A DNA stretch of 63,166 bases, filler included, from Octopus bimaculoides (GCF_001194135.2; 5 parts of 5 records of this genome joined end to end with filler, not necessarily neighbours in it), one strand, 5' to 3'; numbered from the whole stretch's first letter, positions 11,923 to 24,010 are shown. Program-made: numbers and translations. The notes: generated by a model from the letters alone, not told the origin.

Positions 11923-12340
11923 GACGGGCGAAATGCTTAGCGGTATTTCGTCTGCCGATGCGTGCTGAGTTCAAATTCTGCTGGGGTTGACTTTGCCTTT
12001 CATCCTATTGGGGGTCGATAAATTAAGTACCAAATGCGTACTGGAGTCGATCTAATCGATTGGCCCCCTCCACAAACATATCGGGCCTTGTACCTAGAGT
12101 AGAAAATATTATTATTATTATTATTAAGATGGTGAGCTGGCAGAGTCATTAGCATGCCGGCAAAATGCTTAGCGGTATTTCGTCCATCCTTACATTTTGA
12201 GTTCAAATTCCGCCCAAATCGACTTTGCCTTTCATCCTTTCGGGATCGATAAAATAACTACCAGTTGAACACTGAGGTCGATATGAATTACTCATACCCT
12301 CCCCCAAGATGGCTGCCCTTGTGACAAAATTTGAAACCAT
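11923..12340 (+). mobile_element. Two tandem SINE family C copies
   Basis: 11923-12112 and 12131-12340 both carry gcgaaatgcttagcggtatttcgtc...gagttcaaatt...gactttgcctttcatcc...gtcgataaa. Confidence 0.8.
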
Positions 12341-12344
12341 TATT

Positions 12345-12893
12345 GAGTGAGAGAGCAGTGCATGCCATCAAAGTGACACTAGGGTAAAATATACGAAGCC
12401 CAGTATACCCATCATGACAACCCGTCTGATAAGGGTACACCAGGCACATGCATCACAGCCATATGTGCATGACATGGTGATCTCATATCAAGATAAACAG
12501 CGCATGACCTCGCAGGTGGGGCCCAGTTAGAATTTTTTTTCAGGTCGAGTAGCCCATCACGCTCAAAAGGTCCCTGAATATGGTTTGTTTAAGGGTGTTG
12601 AGCAAAACACCCATGTTTCCAAAGGTGAATTATTCAAACCCCAAAGAACTCCTCTCAACACATGGCTATGATGCTCCCCCACTACTTCTGCACGTGATGA
12701 GAGATGCACATATCGTCAGCCACCAAGGGATATGCTCAACTGGTTAAGGTCAAACAAATGACAAGCAAATCTGTGGTATTGATACAGAATATTTGCTGTA
12801 GCTCATCTTTTATACTAAGACAAAACAACGTACATGATAACACTTCCAATCAATTAAAATCAGAAGCCATGAGAGTTACTGTCTGGTACTGCA
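12345..12893. mobile_element. ~550-bp non-coding interspersed element bounded by trinucleotide repeats, copy 1
   Basis: Colinear and highly similar to 49449-49998 (gagtgagagagcagtgcatgcc...ctggtactgca). A terminal fragment also lies at 24767-24834. Confidence 0.85.
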
Positions 12894-12915
12894 CGTTATT
12901 ATTATTATTACTATT

Positions 12916-13237
12916 TTATGTTTGACTTTTGTTTTGCATTTGTACAAGTTGGATCCAAGTCTCACTCAGAGACCTCAAGAGATAAGAAGTTAGAAGTTCA
13001 TGTAGGTGTTATGCCTAGGGTACCATATATTTGGATTTGTACAGTTTTGTTCTAGTGAATGTTTAAGAAACCATAAGAAAATTATGTGTTTGTTTTAAAA
13101 TTTGAGATCACATAGACAGTATTTTACGTAGGATATGGGCAGTTCCCATGAGCACTATATTTTGAACTTCAGCCATTTTGGGGTTTCCTGGTATCTGAGC
13201 TAGGTAGTAATCAGCCCGTTTCGTTGTCATCCCCTAT
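12916..13237 (-). mobile_element. 3' end of an R4/Dong-like LINE, family B
   Basis: Minus strand reads GMTTKRADYYLAQIPGNPKMAEVQNIVLMGTAHILRKILSM* (stop at 13108-13110), homologous to the family A C-terminus. The 3'UTR is followed by (AAT)n. Confidence 0.8.
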
Positions 13238-13337
13238 NNNNNNNNNNNNNNNNNNNNNNNNNNNNNNNNNNNNNNNNNNNNTTAATTAATTAANNNNNNN
13301 NNNNNNNNNNNNNNNNNNNNNNNNNNNNNNNNNNNNN
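13238..13337. other. Artificial scaffold linker (44N-TTAATTAATTAA-44N)
   Basis: Exactly 100 bp; the central 12-mer has stop codons in all six frames. Confidence 0.95.
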
Positions 13338-15191
13338 TAATGTAGTAATAACACTAACACCATTGTTTTATCGTTTTACTTCCTCCACCCGCACCCCACC
13401 TCCACCTTTCTTTCAACTACCACTCCCCTTCTGACTTTGCCTCTCTCTTACTTTGACTGTCTCTCTCTCTTACACACACACACGCACACACGCACCCCCC
13501 CCCTCTCTCTCTCTCTCTCTCTCTTTCTCATATTGTTTTTAGCCGATTCAGTTTTAATGATCCAAACCATTCAAAGAAAGGCGGATGTCACTTAAGTACA
13601 TACGACTAGATGACAGATAACCATCTTATGGCTCGCAGGTACGTTTAGAAACAATGACTAACTCCTATCCGCCCCGCCATCACCGAGGGAGCATCTCCCC
13701 CGCCACCTTTCGAGACCCAGAAGTAGATAATTTTACCGTATGCTTTACAGTTGCTTGTCATCACTTCCTCTCCTTCATTATACGTTTTAGACATAAATAG
13801 AATAATTAATTTATTAATTTATTTTCTTAAAAAAACTCGGAGATATAGGGGGAGAAATAATAAGAAAAGATAACAAATGTGTACCCCTACACTCTCCGAG
13901 AAGTGTATAGTTTAAAAGAGATGTTGTGGAGTGATCTGAGACCCCTACACATGATGGTCAGTGGACTGGCGCCTCTGATAAACAGATGAGCTGGTAGACA
14001 GTTGAGGTCGAACTGTGAGAGCGTTTAGTCTCGTTATTGATTATGCGTTACAATATTGAGATCTTTGTAGTTATCATTACTGCATGTTAAAATCTTAGAA
14101 AAAAGATTTTTTATTGTGTCATATAGGCGTAAATTTTGACGCTGTATACGAATTTGTTATTCATTTAGACCAGAAAAAAATTTCGAAAATGTTACAGATG
14201 TTCAAAGTTTTGATAATTTTCAGAATTTTCAACCAACCAGAAAACAGCGCGTTCGCTGCCCCTCCCATCATCTGTAGCAGCAGCGAGAAGTTGGGTGGTG
14301 GGGGTGGGGGCACCGGCATGTCAAAATATTAAACTAGCTACAGTAAACAGTGAAAAACATTAAAAGATTCGCGAGTAAATTAAATAGTTAAAAGCTACGA
14401 GCAAACCAACAAGAGTTGCTAGAAATAACAGTCAAAACATAAAAATATACACGAGTAAAGTAAACAGTGAAAACAGTGAAAAACATTAAAGCATTCGAAA
14501 GTAAATTAAATATTTAAAAGCTACGAGCAAACCAACAGGAGTTGCTAGAAATAAAAGTCAAAACATTGCTTAAAACACGTTTATTAATTGAAAAAAAAAT
14601 TCAAGAATGAAAGTTTGCAATACACCCTAGGATTAAATTATCTTTCTCGTATCTCCTTCTCCACATAAAGTCACAAAGATAAAAGTCAACTATGGAACGG
14701 TGTTGTTCCAAACCGGCGTCTGTTTCCACGCTTTAAAGATGCCCAAGTACTCTCAATTTGTTAATTACACCCAATTTGGTTATACTCCTTGAGCGCATGC
14801 GCAGCATCTTTGGTTACTATGGAAACAGAGTTCTTCGCAATCAGCTATGGAACACGTGGTGCTTCTTTGCTTAATATGCTAACAGAACTTCACGGTGATG
14901 TGTAAAATACTCGCGTCTGATTGGCTAAAATATCCAAATTTTGCAAATTTTAAAGGCTAATACCTTTTTAATAATGAATTTATAGAAAAAAATGAATTTC
15001 ATATTCATGATTAGTATACAAAACTTAATCCATATACCAAATTTGAAAACAATTGGAACAAAATTGTAGACAGCGACGATAACCACAAAGACCCCAGTAT
15101 CGGATTGTTATTGCGCGAACGGTTATGTGATAACCAATTCTTGTTACTTTGCTTATTGTTATACGATTATATTTGGTACTGTGATATATTG

Positions 15192-15230
<39 letters not shown>

Positions 15231-15261
15231 ATATATCGTCACAGACAATATAACAGAAACG

Positions 15262-15455
15262 CTAGCACATCAGGCGAAATGCTTAGCGGTATTTCATCTA
15301 TCTTTACATTCTGAGTTCAAATTCCACCGAGGTAGACTTTGCCTTTCATGCTTTCAGAGTCGATAAATTAATTACCAGTTGCGTACTGGAGTCGATCTAA
15401 TCGACTGGCCTCCTCCCCCAAAATTTCGGGCCTTGTGCCTAAAGTAGAAAAGACT
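15262..15455 (+). mobile_element. SINE family C
   Basis: Matches the copies at 11923-12340. Confidence 0.8.
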
Positions 15456-15476
15456 ATAACAGTTTTGTTGCTGTTG

Positions 15477-15620
15477 TGAAGGCGCGTGGCGTAGTGGTTA
15501 AGGTATTCGGTTCACGATCGTAAACTTGTGAGTTCAATTCCTGGCGATATGTTCTGTCCTTGAGCAAGACACTTTATTCCACGTTACTCTAGTCCGCTCG
15601 GTTGGCAGAAATGAGTTGTA
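15477..15620 (+). mobile_element. SINE family A head (tRNA-like plus CORE-like segment), partial
   Basis: GGCGCGTGGCGTAGTGGTTAAGG (A box)...GTGAGTTCAATTCC (B box), then ccttgagcaagacactttattccacgttactctagtccgctc. Confidence 0.75.
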
Positions 15621-15734
15621 CCTATACAAGTGTACCCCATCCGATTTTGTTTCCTCATAACTTTCAGAACTATTTATAGTTTTCAATGAAATTTTCTGGA
15701 AATATCATTCGGATCACGATTATATCTCTTACCT

Positions 15735-16122
15735 TTTACTTGTTTCAGTTATTAGACTGCGGCCATGCTGCAGCACAGCCCTGAAGAATGTTTAGTCGAA
15801 TGAATGAGTTCCAGTACTTTGTTTTCTTAGCCTGGTACTTATTCTATTGGTGTCTTATGCTGAACCGCTAAGTTAGTGTCTTATGCTGAAGAGTTAAGGG
15901 GATGTAAACACACCAACACCGATTAACAAGCGGTGGTGGTGGTGGGACAAACACAAACACAAAACACATAGATATATACAATCATATCTATCTATCTGTT
16001 TGTCTTTCCGTCAGTTCGTCTGTCTGTGTATTTATGTATGTGTGTATGTATGTATGTAAGTATGTATGTATGTATGTATGTATGTATGTATCTATCCATC
16101 TATCTATCTATCTATCTATCTA

Positions 16123-16155
<33 letters not shown>

Positions 16156-16590
16156 TTATCTGTTTTTATATTCTTGTTGTTTGTATTTGGAATTGTGTAA
16201 TATGTTCTCCATTTTCTGTCTTTGTTGTCGTACACATTCGCTTGCTTTCTTACAAAGACTCTCATGCTCTTAGCTTAGACTTTTGTGGGGCAACCAGATT
16301 TGAACAGTCTCAAGTGTAACTGCCCGAAACTGTAACAAGAATCTGGAAACTTGACTGATGAAAGAAGGCCACGAATGACCTGTCCCTTTCTTTCCAGTCC
16401 CTCTATTTGTTGCTTTTCCTGTCTGCCTTTGTATCGTCTATCGGTCCGGATGTTTTATTGTCCTCCATTGCGTTTTTGTTCCATGATATATATATATACA
16501 AATATTCGACGGGCTTCTTTCAGTTTCCGTTAACTAAATCCACTCACAAAAGCTTAGTAGAAAACACTTGCTCAAGGTGACAAGCACCTA
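15735..16590 (-). mobile_element. SINE family B, split by an internal microsatellite and an insertion
   Basis: 3' part 15735-15965 (ttttacttgtttcagttattagactgcggccatgctg) and 5' part 16500-16590 (gacgggcttctttcagtttccg...ccactcacaaa). Confidence 0.65.
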
Positions 16591-16624
16591 TCTATCTATC
16601 TATCTATCTATCTAGCTATCTATC

Positions 16625-16852
16625 TATCACGTGATCGACTAAACTGTCACATGTTGCTATACAACGCTGCCACAATGCGATTTGCATCGTTTTAGCTTTC
16701 GAATGATGCCGCCCCGCTGATTGGACGAGCAGAGGGCTAATTTGTTGCAGGGTTACCGATTTGTTGCTGAGTGGACTGGAGCAACGGGAAAGGAACAGCA
16801 CAGCCAACAGCAGGTCTGGGAATCGAACCCACAATTTCACGATAGCGAGTGC
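16625..16852 (-). mobile_element. SINE family A-related copy
   Basis: The reverse complement has GGGTTCGATTCCCAGACC (B box) and cgttgctccagtccactcagc (CORE-like). Confidence 0.65.
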
Positions 16853-16915
<63 letters not shown>

Positions 16916-16934
16916 GTATATATAGATTTGTGTA

Positions 16935-17128
16935 TCTGATGGTCCCCCCCACCGTCATTTGACAACCGATGTTGGTGTGTTTATGTCCCCGTAACTTAGC
17001 GGTTCAGCAAAAGAGACCGGTAGGATAAGTACTAGGCTTACAAAGAATAATTCCTCAAGTCGATTTGTTCGATTAAAGGCGGTGCTCCAGCATGGCTTCA
17101 GTCAAATGACTGAAACAAGTAAAAGAAT
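16935..17128 (+). mobile_element. SINE family B 3' part
   Basis: ttgacaaccgatgttggtgtgtttatgtccccgtaacttagcggttcagcaaaagagaccg...ggcggtgctccagcatgg...gactgaaacaagtaaaag. Confidence 0.8.
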
Positions 17129-17137
17129 ATATAAGTA

Positions 17138-17181
<44 letters not shown>

Positions 17182-17191
17182 NNNNNNNNNN

Positions 17192-17262
<71 letters not shown>

Positions 17263-17266
17263 GTAT

Positions 17267-17299
<33 letters not shown>

Positions 17300-18024
17300 G
17301 GGACATATGATAGCATGTGTGAGAAAGCAGAGAAAACGAGAAAGAGGAAGAAGAGATGTGGGGGTGGATGAAGGGAAGATTAAAATCCAGAAGTTTATTG
17401 CTATTAAATACTGTGTGGAGGTTGTTTTTATTTTTTATTTTTGCTTGAGGGGTGGGAAAGGTGGAAATAAGAAGACCCTCACAACAATAGCAAAAAAAAA
17501 ATCAACGTAGAGTAACAGCAACATGGACAACAAAAGCAAGAACAACAGCAGGAACAACAACGAGCGAAAAATCATTGAGGCTTAACATTGCATTAATAAA
17601 GTGAACACAGGAAGGTTATTTTAGAATGGGAAGTAGTAACGGGGATGAATGCGAGCCTTTGTCTGGTCTCCTTTTTCTTTCATACTTTTATTTTTATTAT
17701 TATTTTTTTTTTCATTGGATTTTCACCTCATTGAATTAATTAGCAGTAATTTCGTCTAATTTTCTTTTTCTTCTGTGCTTTTTTTCCCTCTTTCTCTCTC
17801 TTTTCGATGACAAAATTACACAAATCACGTTATTTCGGGACATCGGGACATCGTTAACTGGAAGACAGCTAATGTTGAATTGAACACGATAATACATTGT
17901 TTGTTTCTTGTGTGTGCGTGTGTGTGTGCATGTGTGTGTGTGTGTGTGTATGTGCGCGTGTATGTATTCATGCCTATACATACATGTACATGCATACACA
18001 CGCACACACACACACACACATATA

Positions 18025-18059
<35 letters not shown>

Positions 18060-18117
18060 ATAAGTGTGTATATATTTATACCTATATATTAGATGTATGT
18101 ATGTATATATACACACG

Positions 18118-18167
<50 letters not shown>

Positions 18168-18796
18168 CATACATACATATGTATATATACATGTACATGA
18201 CTACATTTATATGATTATGTCTGTGTGCGTGTGTATATGTACGTATTTATGTATATGTATGTATGTATTTATCTATGTCATCATGTGTGAGTATGTGTGT
18301 GTGTATCTATATATATGTACTTATGTGTTTGCGTGAGAACTGTAATAAAAAAATAACCGAAAAAAAAAACGAGTAAAAACTAAAGATCTATATAAAATAA
18401 AAGCAAAATAAACACCAAACAAACAAAATAATGTATCCCCTTTCCCCCTCCCCTCAGTCGTACAAATTCACAACCCATGAAATAACCTTTCCACGATTTC
18501 ATTTCCAAGTTGTTTTGTTGCGCGGCAGACATTGATATGAAAATATCGGAATGCTGTATTCAGGGATCCTTCAACAACAACAACAACAACATTCTCTGTT
18601 GCCCCTTATTAGGGCCACTTCCTATTATTAATAAGGGCTTTGAAAGAGAGAGAAACTTTTCTCTTTTTTTATTATTTTCTTCATTAAATGATTTATTTCT
18701 GTTATTTATTTATTTATTAATTATCTTTTTTTTCCCGTTTGAAGCGTGTTCCAGACCGCGTAGATCATGTGATCAATTCCTGCGTCACTGCTACTG

Positions 18797-18851
<55 letters not shown>

Positions 18852-19508
18852 AAACAGTAAGACCTATGTTTTAACTCTTTCAAAGAACGTATCTCTTGAC
18901 AATATCCTTTTATGTATATATACTATATACATTTTACACGCACGCACACACACACACACGTGTGTGTGAACTTGTGTGCGATCGTGTCTGTGTGTGTGTG
19001 CGCGTATGTATGTNNNNNNNNNNNNNNNNNNNNNNNNNNNNNNNNNNNNNNNNNNNNNNNNNNNNNNNNNNNNNNNNNNNNNNNNNNNNNNNNNNNNNNN
19101 NNNNNNNNNNNNNNNNNNNNNNNNNNNNNNNNNNNNNNNNNNNNNNNNNNNNNNNNNNNNNNNNNNNNNNNNNNNNNNNNNNNNNNNNNNNNNNNNNNNN
19201 NNNNNNNNNNNNNNNNNNNNNNNNNNNNNNNNNNNNNNNNNNNNNNNNNNNNNNNNNNNNNNNNNNNNNNNNNNNNNNNNNNNNNNNNNNNNNNNNNNNN
19301 NNNNNNNNNNNNNNNNNNNNNNNNNNNNNNNNNNNNNNNNNNNNNNNNNNNNNNNNNNNNNNNNNNNNNNNNNNNNNNNNNNNNNNNNNNNNNNNNNNNN
19401 NNNNNNNNNNNNNNNNNNNNNNNNNNNNNNNNNNNNNNNNNNNNNNNNNNNNNNNNNNNNNNNNNNNNNNNNNNNNNNNNNNNNNNNNNNNNNNNNNNNN
19501 NNNNNNNN

Positions 19509-19981
19509 ATCATTTCAAGAGGCCAGGATAACATAGGTAATGCGCAAAAAAGATCTAAGGAAGAATGTAACGATCGAGAAGGTGAATGACAATGACCCTT
19601 TTGTGTGCACAGTCTGGGACAGACCATGCCTGTCTTTTGCTGGCCTCAAATCTCATTTGCGAACCCATGGAAAACTAACCTCCACCAACTATTCTGCCTA
19701 TATGTCTGTGCACACCTTTCAATGCCATGTATGCCAGAGGGTCTGCAAATCTAACGAATGCCTCAAGAGACGTTTTAAGATCCACAAAGAGCAGAACTTA
19801 TCTGCAGCTCTTAGTGGTCCAAATCAGAGGTGCAATCTATGTGGGTGTCTTTTCAGAACATTGTCTGGTTTAAAAAGCCACATGAGATGCCATGATGGTT
19901 CAAAGGTGTAGGTACAGGAGGGGGTCAAACTCTGCATAAGGAATAGATAACCACCATACACACACACACACACACACACAC
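19509..19981 (+). mobile_element. RTE-clade LINE 3' end encoding three C-terminal C2H2 zinc fingers
   Basis: SFQEARIT*xMRKKDLRK (RTE-like), then CTVWDRPCLSFAGLKSHLRTH, CHVCQRVCKSNECLKRRFKIH and CNLCGCLFRTLSGLKSHMRCH, stop at 19909-19911, a short UTR and a (CA)n tail. No splice acceptor; the upstream sequence is in an N gap. Confidence 0.7.
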
Positions 19982-20304
19982 AAGTCTGTTACAGTCTTTT
20001 ATCCTTTCAGGATTCGATAAAGATAGGTACCAGTGAAATACTGGGGTCGATGTATTCGACTATCCCCCTCCTCCGAAAGTGCTGGCCTTGTACTGAAATT
20101 TGAAACCAATATTTTGTAAATCAAACGCATGTCTACCAGGCATTTGTGTAGCGCAAGTATAATAAATAACTAAAGGAAAGTCACTTAGTTACGCATTGCT
20201 ATAAACGGATTGGGTATCATCAGGCCTCTAAGAAACAATTAAAGTTAACCCCAGCTGACGTGTGAATGCGCGTGGCCTATCGATTAGGATGTTACATTCA
20301 TAAT

Positions 20305-20689
20305 GTGGAGGCGCAATGGCCCAGTGGTTAGGGCAGCGGACTCGCGGTCGTAGGATCGCGGTTTCGATTCCCAGACCGGGCGTTCTGAGTGTTTATTGAG
20401 CGAAAACACCTAAAGCTCCACGAGGCTCTGGCAGGGGGGTGGGTTGCGAACCCTGCTGTACTCCTTCACCACAACTCTCTCTCACTCTTTCTACCTGTTT
20501 CTGTTGTACCTGTATTTCAAAGGGCCAGCCTTGTCACACTCTGTATCATGCTGAATCTCCCCGAGAACTACGTTAAGGGTACACGTGTCTGTGGAGTGCT
20601 CAGCCACTCGCACGTTAATTTCATGAGCAGGCTGTTCCGTTGATCGGATCAACTGGAACACTCGTCGTTGTAACCGACGGAGTGCCTCG
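20305..20689 (+). mobile_element. Full-length tRNA-derived SINE family A with 11-bp target-site duplication
   Basis: A box TGGCCCAGTGG and B box GGTTTCGATTCCC; TSD ACATTCATAAT at 20294-20304 and 20690-20700. Confidence 0.9.
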
Positions 20690-21117
20690 ACATTCATAAT
20701 TCCAAGATCGCAATTTTGATTTCTAGTTCGGGCAGTGCGTTATGTTTTTGGGAAAACTATTTCATTGCGTGTTACACTAGTCCACCCAGCCGTAAATGAG
20801 TTACCCCGTGACGAACTGATGTCCCTTTTAGGGGTTAATGTAATCTCGGTTACTTATACGCAATGAAAACCGGGTTATCCGTTCCTACGAGTTTTAGGAC
20901 TCAAGGTAGTATCTCTTATCTTTTACTTGTTCCCGTCATTAGACTGCAGCCATGCTGGGGCACCGCCGCGTATGTAATTTACTTTACGTTCACCAGCTGA
21001 CGTATTAGTTCAATATCTCGTCCAGAATTCGAGGAAAGAGCAACGTACGTGATTTTAGTAAAACGAGTACCGTGTGAAGAGGTACTCTGAGTTGGTACTT
21101 CATACGTCTTCTTTTAG

Positions 21118-21330
21118 AGGAAGCGCGTGGCTTAGTGGTTAGGTTATCGTAAGATTGCGGTTTCAGTTCCTGGACCGGGCGACGCTTTGTGTTCTTGAGC
21201 AAGACACTTCATTTCACGTTGCTCCAGTCCACTCAGCTGGCAAAAATGAGTGACCCTGCGACAGACCGATGTCCCAGCATGGAAACCGGGGAAACGACCC
21301 TCATGAGCCTGGAATGGCTCGAGAAGGTAA
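21118..21330 (+). mobile_element. SINE family A-related copy
   Basis: gcgcgtggcttagtggttagg...tttcagttcctggaccgggcgacg...cttgagcaagacacttcatttcacgttgctccagtccactcagc. Confidence 0.75.
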
Positions 21331-21339
21331 CTTTACCTT

Positions 21340-22565
21340 TTTTACTTTTGCATCTGCTTTTAATCTGGTGTCGCAATACTAACGTTGACGAAATTTGAGG
21401 GTCACCAATAAAATATATTCTAGCAACGTTGATCTTTGTTTCGTTGTTGCCTTTGTGGAACGGTATGGGCAAGATGTGATTGGCAAAGTGGTCAGGGATG
21501 TTATCCGGTCGACTGGGGGTCTCAGTAGACATACAAGTCCTAGTGATCTCACCCTCTCTACCGGAAACGGGGCAACATCTTGTCGCAGTTGTAATATAAA
21601 AGGCGATGAGACTGGTAAAGAAATATGGGAGTCCTTGTTTATTACACGAGCGACAGCAAAAACCATCTGAGGGCTTTCCGTTTACAAGAGCAACAAAAGA
21701 AAAAGAAAGATTCCAGTAACAGAATCATTGATAACGACAGAAAATATTGCTGTTCTCGATGTTTTGCCGTTCAAGTAACAGAATGAACGGAGGAAAAGAT
21801 TGAAAATGGAGGCAGAGAGTTTGGTTTTATCAATCATGGTTAGCAGTAATAGTGAGGGAGAGATGGAAGAGACCTGTCGGCAGCAATAATAACAGCAGAA
21901 GAGGTCAGTTTCTTAAGAACCGCAAATCATAGTTTCAACGACGGCGAAGGAAGTCCTCTGTGTCTGGTCAAGGAAACCAAGGAGCAAGCAAATATTTCAT
22001 CGTCCTACCTTAACCAACAGCATCAAATCACCATCTTATGAAGAAGTGGGGTGAGGGTTAGGGTGATGACAACCGAAAAAGATTTCAAGTTTTCAGAAAG
22101 GACGTTAAGGGGGGTGGGGAGTGAAAGGAAAATCTGCAAACCAAGGGTAAATCCTAGCGACAGACAACCTGAAAAAGTGAGGAGAATTACCCTTCTCAGG
22201 GCGACGATGGAGACGACCGGAGATTCCTTCCAAAAGCTAATCCTTCCAAAAGCTAATCAGCACCATATTACCAGAACAGCAATAAGTGTGGTGCGTTGGG
22301 TATTGCCATGATGCGTTAATCACGGAAGAAATAAAAAGGGGTGGGGGCAAAATATTAGTCACTTAAATAACAGACTTTTAGTAAAAAGAGCATATTAATA
22401 TCTCCACCTGAATCAAGCTTACCAAGGGTACGTGGGTCGTTTCTGCGTGGGTGGTATACCATACAGAAGATGCTGAAGGGCATCTTTGACTCCGCCAAGC
22501 TCCAAGTGGTAACGCCGTATGAGGAGCGTAGAATACACAAACCGGCCCCAACCGGCGTCTTTCTC
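21340..22565 (-). mobile_element. Degenerate CR1/Jockey-type LINE ORF2 fragment (APE endonuclease to pre-RT)
   Basis: Minus-strand fragments GAGLCILR and CMVYHP (APE-like) and TPSRPDNIP...ILPIPFHKGNN (like KxxGPDxIP...PIxKKG, upstream of RT); many lesions. Confidence 0.5.
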
Positions 22566-22874
22566 ACTTGTTCAGCGGCTGGAAAATCCTAAATGTCTTC
22601 ATTGTGTATTTTTTTTTTAAACAAGATCTGTGTTTTAATTATGTTGTGATTTTATTATACTCTTTATTCAGTATAATCATTTATAGGTTTGTCATAAACA
22701 TTAAAACACGTCCTTGTCTATTGCGTTACGTAATTTCTCCTCCCCTTTTCTTATATAACTTGTTTGTCCAACTCTACACATAATACTCAGCTCCATTGCA
22801 ACGTTTCCTAATTTGTATGCTTCAATGAGTGGACGAAGTCACCCGTGGGACGTTAAATAAAACGAAATAACGAA

Positions 22875-22894
22875 TTATCATCATCATCATCATC

Positions 22895-22926
<32 letters not shown>

Positions 22927-22982
22927 CATTATTATTATCATTATTATTATTAATATTATTATTATTATTATCATTATTATTA

Positions 22983-23034
<52 letters not shown>

Positions 23035-23047
23035 CATTATTATTATT
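22875..23047. repeat. Long (ATT/ATC)n microsatellite
   Basis: Direct reading. Confidence 0.95.
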
Positions 23048-23091
23048 GTTCAGTAGTTTTATTTTTATAACGTGCTTTCACTTCACTACCG
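23047..23091 (-). mobile_element. Extreme 3' end of Dong-like family A, cut by the scaffold break
   Basis: The reverse complement cggtagtgaagtgaaagcacgttataaaaataaaactactgaa matches 265-307. Confidence 0.85.
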
Positions 23092-23191
23092 NNNNNNNNN
23101 NNNNNNNNNNNNNNNNNNNNNNNNNNNNNNNNNNNTTAATTAATTAANNNNNNNNNNNNNNNNNNNNNNNNNNNNNNNNNNNNNNNNNNNN
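23092..23191. other. Artificial scaffold linker
   Basis: 44N-TTAATTAATTAA(23136-23147)-44N. Confidence 0.95.
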
Positions 23192-23629
23192 TATACACAA
23201 ACACACACACACGATGTGTATGTGTGTGTACATACATGTGCATGCACACATGTACACATGAATCTCTCAAAAAACTTTATAATCTCTTCATGTTGTCAAA
23301 TTGTGAAATGTTGTACCAGTATTGTTTTTTTTTTTTGTTTTGGCTTTGTCTTGGTTGTGATTGTCATTGTTGTTGTTGTTGTTGTTTCATTATAATTTTT
23401 AATTCTACCTCATCAATCAAAGAACCAATCCTCACTGAAACCATTCTTTCATATTCTGGCAAGTCATTTTTCCTTCAATCATTAATCATTATTCACTGCT
23501 ACTGTTGTATCTTCCATATTGGCTGATTGTTGTTTAGTCTTCTTCCTGGTTTTTTTATATTTTGTGTTTTGTTAATCACCCTTAATCATCCCACAGAAAG
23601 GGTTTCTTTTTATTTTTGTTATTTCATTG

Positions 23630-23825
23630 CTAGTGTTTGTCCCATCATTTGACAACCAGTGTTGGTTTGTTTACATTCTCATAACGTAGCAGTTTGGCAA
23701 AAGTGACCAATAGAATAAGTACAAGATTTTAAAAAACAGAAAACAAATACTGTCATTAATTTGATTAAAACCCTTTAGGGATGTGCTTCAGCATGACCAT
23801 ACTCCAATGACTTTTACAAGTAAAA
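23630..23825 (+). mobile_element. SINE family B 3' part, CpG-decayed
   Basis: Homologous to 16935-17128, with most CG changed to TG/CA. Confidence 0.7.
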
Positions 23826-24010
23826 ACAATGTTTTAGAAATACCATAATCTCATTCCTTTCCCATTTCAGTCCCTACAAATTCTTCCCAACTTGTTCTTT
23901 TTTAAACCCTTCTATTTTCCACCCCTTTCAATTATCAAACTGAACTGGCTCTATTTAATCAATATAATTTAATCATTATATAGGCTTTTGTGAAGATAAT
24001 AAATAATAAT

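Noticed and set aside
13282-13293. TTAATTAATTAA as a biological palindrome or homeodomain site
   Set aside because: It is centred in exactly 100-bp N-padded joins four times; an assembly linker.
14346-14565. ~95-bp direct duplication (also a 20-bp one at ~10215-10257)
   Set aside because: Ordinary local tandem duplications with no further structure.
19540-19911. Host C2H2 zinc-finger gene
   Set aside because: An in-frame stop lies just upstream within RTE-like sequence, two fingers are mutated, and there is a retroelement-type tail; treated as a LINE end.
20307-20380. tRNA-like sequence (also at 56512, 54080, 43240)
   Set aside because: A and B boxes are present but each continues into a shared SINE body, and one copy has a TSD; these are SINE heads, not tRNA genes.
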